Assembly (NCBI GenBank): GCA_963702005.1
Contig: OY969696.1
Location: 2,048,001 to 2,112,000, forward strand
Reading direction: 5' to 3'
Origin: Candidatus Aminicenantes bacterium
GTDB taxonomy: Bacteria; Acidobacteriota; Aminicenantia; Aminicenantales; JAFGBC01
DNA: 64,000 nt
Part shown: piece by piece, positions 28,991 through 36,220 of the stretch
Layout: each line of letters starts with the position of its first letter
Numbering within the stretch: position 1 is the stretch's first letter
Notes under the pieces: generated by a model
What the model was told of the DNA's origin: nothing
The model's database searches: none
Seen by the model: only the letters and a program-made list of their open reading frames with translations
Position numbers and translations under genes: made by a program

Positions 28991-31006
28991 ATGAAAAAAG
29001 CGGTCGCTGTCTGCTTTCTTTTCCTCGGAGGAGCGCTGCTGATCGCGAGCTCTCAATCGGGCGCGGGCTCAACCCCGAGAACGCCCAATCCCGATCCCGC
29101 TCAAGCCGCCCCCGTCTGGCAGTCCGTCGGTCCCGCCGGAGGCTGGATCAGGGCGCTCGTCAATAATCCCAAGAACTCGCGCGAGCTCTACGCCGCCGCC
29201 GACAGCTACCCCTGCCAGATCTTCGAGTCTTCGAACGCGGGGTCGACCTGGACGCGGATCGGCCTGGTCCAGAGCTATCTCAACGGTTTCATCATCCATC
29301 CCTCGAACCCGAACATCTTCTACGGACTCGGCTACGCCTCCCTCTTCAAATCCAAGGATCAAGGCCGGACCTTCACGGAAATTGCGCTCCCCGACCCCAA
29401 GCTGATAAGGCTGGACGGCAATATCTCGATCAGCCCGCGCAAGCCCGAGACGATCTATGTCGCGGGGTCCTACAAGTACAACGACAGCGGCCGGAAATAC
29501 TGTCTGGCCGTCTACCGGTCCAAAGACGGCGGCCTGACCTGGACGGTCCACAAGCTCGAGCCCGTTTCGGACTACGCGTCCTTTCCGCGGGTCGCGGCCA
29601 GCCCGGCCCGCGCCGGCCTCGTCTTCGCCTCCGGATCCTACCACAAGGGCAACCAGTCTTTTTACCGGGTCTACAAATCCGCCGACGGCGGAAACAATTG
29701 GACGGGCGTCACCGGCCCCATCATCAATCAACCCTATGACCTGCTCCTCCATCCTACCGACCCCAACAAGGTCTACGTCTCCACTAGCGGGTACGTTTTC
29801 CGGAGCTCGGACGGCGGCAAGACCTGGGCCAAGCAGGCCGCTCCGAATTACATGTTCGCGGAATTCCTGGCTATGGATTCGACCAATCCCCAAGTCCTCT
29901 ATGCGGGAGGGAATTTGACGGTCTACAAGAGCACGGACGGGGGCGTCCGCTGGACTGCTTCCAAGACCAATTCCGGGCTCTTCGGCGCCTGCACCGGGAT
30001 GCTCGTGGACGGCGGCTCCGTTTATTTCGCGTCCTCGGTCGGCATTTTCAAGAGCGCGAACGGCGGGGCCACCTGGAAGCCCAGCCACGCCGGGATGAAG
30101 GCCTCGAGCGTTCCGGCCCTGGCCCTGGCCGCCGCGTCCCCTAAATCCGTTTACGCGGAAGCCCAGAACTATGCCTGCTTCAAGAGCGCGAACGCCGGCG
30201 GCAGCTGGATCAAGCTGGGCAATTTCGCGGGATGCGGGCAGATCCTGAAAATCGTCAGCCACCCGACGGCCGCGAACACGGTTTATCTCCTGAAAGGCGG
30301 CTGAGGAGGCTACATCGTCTACAGGTCTGTAGACGGAGGGAAGACGGTCAAGAGCCTCTGGAGCCCGAGTCACTTCATCAACGACCTTGCCGTCGACCGG
30401 AAGAATCCGAATCTGCTGGCCGCGGCCGGCCAAGTCTACCAAAGCGGCGTGTCCTCGATGGCCGTCTTTCTGTCCTCGAACGGAGGGACCGCCTGGACGA
30501 CGGTCCGGGTCGTCTCACAAAATAACAGTTGCGCCTACGCGATCGCCAGGGACCCGGCGAATCCCAACACCCTTTATGTCGGGGGGAACTCCGGCAGTTG
30601 GCAGGCCCTCCTCTGCAAGAGCACGAACGGGGGCGCGTCCTGGACCGACATCACGAAGGGCATCCGGGGCACGATCTTGGACCTCGCCGTCGATCCGGTT
30701 TCTCCCCAGACCGTCTATGCCGTGACCTGGGGCTATGTCTGGAAGAGCCAGGACGGAGGAGGGAGCTGGACGGAAACCTCGGTCGGGCCGGCTAAGCGCT
30801 TGATCATCAACCCCAACAACCCGAACGAGCTCTTCGTCGGGACCGGATATAGCGGCGTTTATTACAGCGCAGATCAAGGGGCCACCTGGCAGGATTTCAG
30901 CGCGGACATGGACATCAAACACATCCAATGCCTGGCCATGGATCCCGCGGCCCGGATCCTCTACGCGGGCACCACCGGCGGCGGGATCGTCAAGAGGAGC
31001 TTCTAG
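28991..31006 (+). CDS. Secreted BNR/Asp-box beta-propeller protein with one in-frame UGA (putative selenocysteine, codon 438 of 671)
   Basis: ORFs 28964-30304 and 30449-31006 are in the same frame and separated only by TGA 30302-30304; Asp-box periodicity continues across it (YLLKGG*GGYIVYRSVDGGKT). Confidence 0.78.
30305..30335 (+). promoter_or_regulatory. Putative bacterial SECIS element
   Basis: 11-nt spacer after UGA, then CGTCTACA-GGTC-TGTAGACG; shares CAGGUCUG with the E. coli fdhF SECIS apex. Confidence 0.72.
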
Positions 31007-31137
31007 TTGTAGTTTTTGGGGTCAATGTTTGACCCCGAATTCGATGAGACGCCGGACGCGCCGGCGGCGTCTCTCCCCTTGACGGGCCCTTCCCAGGCAT
31101 TCATCTCCAATTACTCTTTAGAGAGGGCGGGGGGCAT

Positions 31138-32304
31138 ATGATGCGGATACCGAAGTCATCTTTAGACGCGCCCCGTAAAGTACTTGGCCGGCTTAAGAAA
31201 GGGGCCCTGTTTCCCGCTGCGGCCCCTTTGTCGGAGATGCCCAAAGATTATTCCGCCCTCCTTGAGGATCTAAAAGATCGCATTTGCGAAGCTAGGATAC
31301 GGACAGCCCTATCGGCCAATGCCGCCCTGCTTCTGCTCTATTGGGATTTGGGGAAAATGATCCTCAGCCGTCAGACTTCGGAAGGTTGGGGGGCTAAGGT
31401 CGTCGACCGCCTTTCCGTCGACCTCCGCCAAGCCTTCCCCAATATGCGGGGGCTCTCGCCCCGGAACCTGAAGTATATGCGGGCGTTTGCCGCCGCTTGG
31501 CCTGACCGGGCAATTGTGCAAGAGGCCCTTGCACAAATTCCTTGGTATCACAACATCGCGCTCTTGGAGAAATTAGCCTCAGCGGATGATCGCCTCTGGT
31601 ATGCTCGAAAGACGCTCGAGCAGTGCTGGTCTCACGATATTCTCGTGATACAAATCCAGAAACAGATCCACGCCCGCCAAGGCAAAGCGGTCACGAACTT
31701 CCCCTCTACGCTCCCGCCTGCCCAGTCTGACATGGCTGCACAAGTTTTCAAGGATCCCTATCTCTTCGACTTCCTCGGCATGGCCGATACTCGGCGCGAG
31801 CGCGAAGTCGAACAAGCCCTTGTGGACCATATACAGCGCTTCCTGCTCGAGATGGGGAGGGGCTTCGCCTTCGTCGGCCGCCAGGTTCTTTTAGAAGTCG
31901 GCGACACCGATTTTCTCATTGATCTCCTCTTCTACCATATCAATCTCCGCCGCTATGTCGTCGTCGAGCTTAAGGCCGGCCCTTTCGACCCAGCCTTTCT
32001 CGGTCAATTAAATGTATATCTCTCGGCGGCCGATGACCTGCTTCGTCATCATGACGACAGGCCGACGATCGGCCTGCTCCTTTGCCGTTCGAAGAATAGG
32101 ATTGTGGTGGAATATGCTCTCAGGAATCTGAACAAACCCATCGGCGTCGCCCAATGGGAAACGACTGTCGTCAAGTCGCTTCCGAAGGAATTGAAGGGAA
32201 TTCTGCCGACCGTTCAAGAAATCGAGGCCGAGTTTAGCGGAAACGTTGATGTCGAGCTGCCTATTCCCGAGAAAAGGCCCGTAATTAGGGGCCGGAAAGT
32301 ATAG
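31138..32304 (+). CDS. DUF1016 / YhcG-family PDDEXK nuclease-domain protein
   Basis: YWDLG, GWGAKVVDRLS, KDPYLFDFLG, IDLLFYH, VELK; start may lie further downstream. Confidence 0.9.
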   Translation: MMRIPKSSLDAPRKVLGRLKKGALFPAAAPLSEMPKDYSALLEDLKDRICEARIRTALSANAALLLLYWDLGKMILSRQTSEGWGAKVVDRLSVDLRQAFPNMRGLSPRNLKYMRAFAAAWPDRAIVQEALAQIPWYHNIALLEKLASADDRLWYARKTLEQCWSHDILVIQIQKQIHARQGKAVTNFPSTLPPAQSDMAAQVFKDPYLFDFLGMADTRREREVEQALVDHIQRFLLEMGRGFAFVGRQVLLEVGDTDFLIDLLFYHINLRRYVVVELKAGPFDPAFLGQLNVYLSAADDLLRHHDDRPTIGLLLCRSKNRIVVEYALRNLNKPIGVAQWETTVVKSLPKELKGILPTVQEIEAEFSGNVDVELPIPEKRPVIRGRKV

Positions 32305-32368
32305 TCGCCACACCCCTTGGTCGCCTGATGTATCGGGCATTGTGCAGCGGCTTGCTGCGCAATTGCTC

Positions 32369-33007
32369 CTATTTTGGTGCGCGACGAGTCAGCCGTTTTC
32401 CAGCCAATCGCCCAAGCTCATCGTCGTTTCCGATTAGGAAGATCTTCGGTCCGTTAAGGACAGACGTCAGGAACGGATGTTTTTCTCTAACCTTCGATCG
32501 AAATTCGGCCTCGGCATAGACCGTAGGGTTGATCTCGCGCCCGAGGGTCTCCTGCGTGGCCTGGAGATTCAACACCACGTCCGAGAACGACGCCTCACCG
32601 ACGACTAGCAGATCAACGTCGCTCGCCCGCTTTTCCTCTCCCCGGGCGACCGATCCGTAAAGGAAGGCGACTTTGATCAAGCTTGCGATCGGGGATAGCG
32701 CATTGCGCAGAGCATCGCTGAAGCCCGCGGTCTTGGCCACCAGGCTCTTGAGTTCGGGGAAGATCGGAGATTGGGGATTAGCTTGGAAGTAGACCTGCCG
32801 GCCGCTGACCGCGCGGCGGAGGATTTCGGCCTCGGTCAGCAGTCTGAGCTCCCGCTGCACCGGACCCAGGCCGCAGCCGCTGGCCCGGACGATCTGCCGT
32901 AGATAAAAGCTCTCGTCGGCGTGGGTGAAGAGTAATGAAAGAATGGCCCGCCGCGTTTTCCCGAAGAGAATATTCGCCGGCCCCGAAAAATCGATTTCTG
33001 TTCCCAT
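32369..33007 (-). CDS. HTH plus minimal nucleotidyltransferase (MNT) antitoxin-like protein
   Basis: N-terminal wHTH; YGSVARG...SDVDLLVV nucleotidyltransferase motif. Confidence 0.82.
   Translation of the reverse strand: MGTEIDFSGPANILFGKTRRAILSLLFTHADESFYLRQIVRASGCGLGPVQRELRLLTEAEILRRAVSGRQVYFQANPQSPIFPELKSLVAKTAGFSDALRNALSPIASLIKVAFLYGSVARGEEKRASDVDLLVVGEASFSDVVLNLQATQETLGREINPTVYAEAEFRSKVREKHPFLTSVLNGPKIFLIGNDDELGRLAGKRLTRRAPK
32370..32421 (-). pseudogene. Remnant of the MNT partner (HEPN-like toxin) gene
   Basis: Overlapping ATG gives MSLGDWLENG*LVAH; the frame then loses any recognisable similarity. Confidence 0.45.
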
Positions 33008-33010
33008 TTT

Positions 33011-33026
33011 GGTTACAATTGTAACC
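33011..33026. promoter_or_regulatory. Palindromic operator upstream of the MNT gene
   Basis: Perfect palindrome GGTTACAATTGTAACC. Confidence 0.5.
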
Positions 33027-33047
33027 CAATTGATTACGACAGTCAAT

Positions 33048-33140
33048 CCCCGGGAATTCTAGGGACATGTACTAAATTAAGAAATTTGGTAACGTGTCCC
33101 TAGAATTCGCTCCCTATGTAGTGCGTGTCCCCAGAATTCC
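33048..33140. repeat. Family A palindromic repeat
   Basis: GAATTCTAGGGACATGTACTAAATTAAGAAATTTGGTAACGTGTCCCTAGAATTC plus a half-site. Confidence 0.8.
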
Positions 33141-33254
33141 CCATGAGACTCCCTCTGCGCTGGCGGCGTCTCTTCCCTTGACGGGCCCTTTCAGTCAAGT
33201 GTACAATTAAACTGCACAATTCGCTGACGGCCGGCAATCGGCCGGGAGGGCCGC

Positions 33255-33521
33255 ATGAAAGCTACGGTGCTCGACCTGAGGAGACGCATGAAAGACGTCC
33301 TGAGCGCGCTCAAAAGGAACGAGTCCGTAACCCTCGTGCGCCGCGGAAAGGTCGTCGGCGTGATCCATCCCCTCGAAACGGACCCGATTTCGCGAGGCCA
33401 TCATCGCGCTCGCCGCGCCTCATCGCACCCCGCGTTCGGGCTGTGGAAGGACCGAGCCGACATGAAGGACGTCAAAGCGTTCGTCGAGAGGCTGCGCGGA
33501 GGCCGGTTCGATGCTCTTTGA
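33255..33521 (+). CDS. Type II antitoxin (Phd/YefM-like)
   Basis: 88 aa; ATVLDLRRRMKDVL...VTLVRRGKVVG; overlaps the PIN toxin gene. Confidence 0.75.
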   Translation: MKATVLDLRRRMKDVLSALKRNESVTLVRRGKVVGVIHPLETDPISRGHHRARRASSHPAFGLWKDRADMKDVKAFVERLRGGRFDAL

Positions 33522-33897
33522 CACGGACGTCCTAATCTGGATTTTCCGGGGCGACGCGAAAGCCGCCCGCCTGATCGACGCAACGCCGGACCACCTCATC
33601 TCGGTTGTAAGCTTCATGGAGCTGCTGCAGGGCTCCAGGGACAGACGTGAAGCCCGCCTTATTAAGAGTTTTCTCTCCGACCTCGGTTTTCAGACTCTGC
33701 CCCTGACGGAGAACATTGGGCATCGGGCAAGCGTCTATATGGAAGAATACGGCCTTAAATCCGGCCTTCGCGTTGCGGATGCCCTGATTGCGGCGACGGC
33801 CGTCGAGAACGGCTTGTCGTTATGCACCGGCGACCGAACCCATTTCGGATCCATCGCCGATCTCGCCCTCAAGCTTTTCCGTCCGGAAAAAGGTTGA
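33511..33897 (+). CDS. vapC: VapC family PIN-domain toxin
   Basis: LFDTDVLI, SFMEL, ADALIAATA, TGD...HF. Confidence 0.88.
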   Translation: MLFDTDVLIWIFRGDAKAARLIDATPDHLISVVSFMELLQGSRDRREARLIKSFLSDLGFQTLPLTENIGHRASVYMEEYGLKSGLRVADALIAATAVENGLSLCTGDRTHFGSIADLALKLFRPEKG

Positions 33898-33920
33898 CTT
33901 CATCCTTTTCGTATAAAACC

Positions 33921-34015
33921 GGGGTCAAACCTACACTTTGTCACTTAGTGCAATTTGCTTATTTTCACTTTTTGATAAAGTGTAGGTTTGACCCCGAACT
34001 CGGGGATGACCCCGA
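33921..34015. repeat. Family B inverted repeat plus short GGGGATGACCCC
   Basis: Near-identical to 25901-25975. Confidence 0.85.
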
Positions 34016-34151
34016 TCCTGACTGAGAGAAACCTCGCGGCGTCGACGTCCCTCTGATCTCGGCGAACCCAATATAAGCCAGAAAAATAACCAAATGTATA
34101 TCATTAATTGACAAAAAGAGTATCTAAATGTATATTAATAATGAACAAATC

Positions 34152-35321
34152 ATGTTTATCGATCGAGCACTCCTTTCCAAAATTCGGCCTGCCCTTGAAT
34201 CTCCGGAATCTATCATCATAACGGGCATGCGAAGGACGGGGAAAACCTCACTCCTCCGGCACCTGTACGGGCTCGTCCCGGCTGAAAACAGGCTTTTCCT
34301 GGACCTGGAAAACCCCCTGAACAGGAAATACTTCGAGGAAGAGAACTACGAGAAGATCAAATCCAACCTCGTGTTTCTCGGCCTCGACTTCAACCGTCGG
34401 GCTCACGTTTTTCTTGACGAAATCCAGTACCAGAGGAATCTCCCCTCCGTCGCCAAATACTTGGCCGATCATAACGACATCAAATTCTTCATGACCGGAT
34501 CGGCCGGATTCGCCGTCAAGAATCTCTTCACGGAGACCCTCGCCGGTCGGAAACGCCTTTTCGAGCTTTTACCGCTGACCTTCCGCGAGTTCCTTCTGTT
34601 CAAAGACAGCCGGCTCATCCTTCTCGAAGATCCGAGAGCGGTCAACCGGTCCATTTTCGACACTATCCTTCCGCTGTATGACGAATACCTGGCCTTCGGA
34701 GGGTTCCCCGGCGTCGTTCTCAAAGCCTCCGCCGAGGAGAAACGGGAGGCGCTGGACGAAATTTTCACTTCCTACTTCAACCAGGACGTCATCCAGCTCG
34801 GCGACTTCCGCAGGAACGCCGTCTTGCGCGATTTCATTCTCCTGCTCGCAGCCCGGATCGGGTCGAAACTCGACATCCAGAAGATCTCCCGGGAGCTGGG
34901 GATCTCCCGGCTGACCCTTAACGACTACCTGGCCTTTCTCGAGGGGACGTCCTTCCTCCAGCTGGTGCGTCCTCTGACAAGCGGGAGAAACGGAGAGATC
35001 CGCAAGGCGCCCAAGGTGTACCTGTGCGATTCCGGCCTGGCCCGACACTTGGCGCGCCCGGACGCCGGACTCCTTTTTGAAAACAGCGTTTTTCAGAACC
35101 TGCGTCCGAAGGGCGAACTCCGCTATTTCCAGAAAAAGAACGGGCCGGAGATTGATTTCATTCTGGACCGCAGGGCCGGTTTCGAAGTCAAGCAGTCTCC
35201 GCAGCCTGCCGACTTGAATCGACTCAAATCGTCAGCCGCGAGGATGGGACTTGAAAGCTGGGTCGTAGTCGCCCGAAACTACAGCGACCTTGACGGCGTC
35301 ACATACGGATTCATGATCTGA
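34152..35321 (+). CDS. AAA_14 / DUF4143 ATP-binding protein
   Basis: GMRRTGKT, LDEIQ, TGS, GGFP, KVYLCDSG, EIDFI...EVK. Confidence 0.88.
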   Translation: MFIDRALLSKIRPALESPESIIITGMRRTGKTSLLRHLYGLVPAENRLFLDLENPLNRKYFEEENYEKIKSNLVFLGLDFNRRAHVFLDEIQYQRNLPSVAKYLADHNDIKFFMTGSAGFAVKNLFTETLAGRKRLFELLPLTFREFLLFKDSRLILLEDPRAVNRSIFDTILPLYDEYLAFGGFPGVVLKASAEEKREALDEIFTSYFNQDVIQLGDFRRNAVLRDFILLLAARIGSKLDIQKISRELGISRLTLNDYLAFLEGTSFLQLVRPLTSGRNGEIRKAPKVYLCDSGLARHLARPDAGLLFENSVFQNLRPKGELRYFQKKNGPEIDFILDRRAGFEVKQSPQPADLNRLKSSAARMGLESWVVVARNYSDLDGVTYGFMI

Positions 35322-35374
35322 AATAAGGGGACATGTACCAAATTTCTTAATTTGGTAACGTGTCCCCTTATTTC
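35322..35374. repeat. Family A palindromic repeat
   Basis: AAATAAGGGGACATGTACCAAATTTCTTAATTTGGTAACGTGTCCCCTTATTT. Confidence 0.82.
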
Positions 35375-35596
35375 GCACCATAAAACGCCCGGGATTTCTA
35401 GCGGAGGGGACAATGCCCTGCTAGTCCCCGGAGCGGGTTCTTCGCAATGACCTGATCGTATGGTGCTGGGATCAACAGCGGAGGGGATTGACCCCGTTTC
35501 TCCTTGACGACCGGGGCGGCTAAACTATATCATTACCTCTTGGAAAAGAATCGGGGGACCATGTCTCGGTGCGGAAATCTTGCACGAAAGCTTTAC

Positions 35597-36191
35597 AGGC
35601 TGCCCCGTGGCTTGCCACGGGGTGGAATGTATGCCTTGCCGAGGGGGTGATCAGGGGGACCGGAAAGTCCCCCTTATCCACAAAGGCCCTTGCTCGGGAA
35701 TATGGTAGAGTATATGGGTGACGCTGAAACGGACGAGTCATTCGGTCTACGACACGTCCTACCATCTGGTCTGGTGTCCGAAGTACCGGAAGAAGATATT
35801 CGAGCGGGTGGAAGTCCGGGAACGAGCGAAACAGATCGTGGGAGAGATTTGCGAATCGTACGATATTGAAATCATCGAGATGGAAATTACCGAAGATCAT
35901 ATTCATTTGCTAGTATCATTTCCGCCATCGCGATCGATCGGGGAGGTCGTCAGGATCATAAAGAGCATGAGTGGGAGGGGGTTGTTTCGCGAGTTTGCGG
36001 GCTTGAAAAAGAAGCTATGGGGCGGGGAAGTGTGGGAGGACGGATATTTCGCAAGGACGGTCGGAGACCGGATGACGAGGGATGTGATCGCGAAGTACAT
36101 CGTCAGTCACCGAGAACTGGAGCAAGGGCCTGCGCAGCTGGCCTTGAAGCTGCGCTCCTAATGCCCCGCGGCTTGCCGCGGGGATCTTTAC
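35597..36191 (+). mobile_element. IS200/IS605-family insertion sequence (tnpA only)
   Basis: Subterminal hairpins CCCCGTGGCTTGCCACGGGG and CCCCGCGGCTTGCCGCGGGG; CTTTAC at both junctions (35591-35596, 36186-36191). Confidence 0.82.
35718..36161 (+). CDS. tnpA: IS200-family Y1 (HUH) transposase
   Basis: YHLVWCPKYR, DHIHLL (HUH), WEDGYF, catalytic Tyr in IAKYI. Confidence 0.93.
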   Translation: MTLKRTSHSVYDTSYHLVWCPKYRKKIFERVEVRERAKQIVGEICESYDIEIIEMEITEDHIHLLVSFPPSRSIGEVVRIIKSMSGRGLFREFAGLKKKLWGGEVWEDGYFARTVGDRMTRDVIAKYIVSHRELEQGPAQLALKLRS

Positions 36192-36220
36192 TTTCTGACA
36201 AAGTGTAGGTTTGACCCCAG

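Noticed and set aside
35385-35495. Repeated AGCGGAGGGGA and a hairpin as a SAM-type riboswitch
   Set aside because: Other conserved riboswitch elements are absent and no metabolic gene follows.
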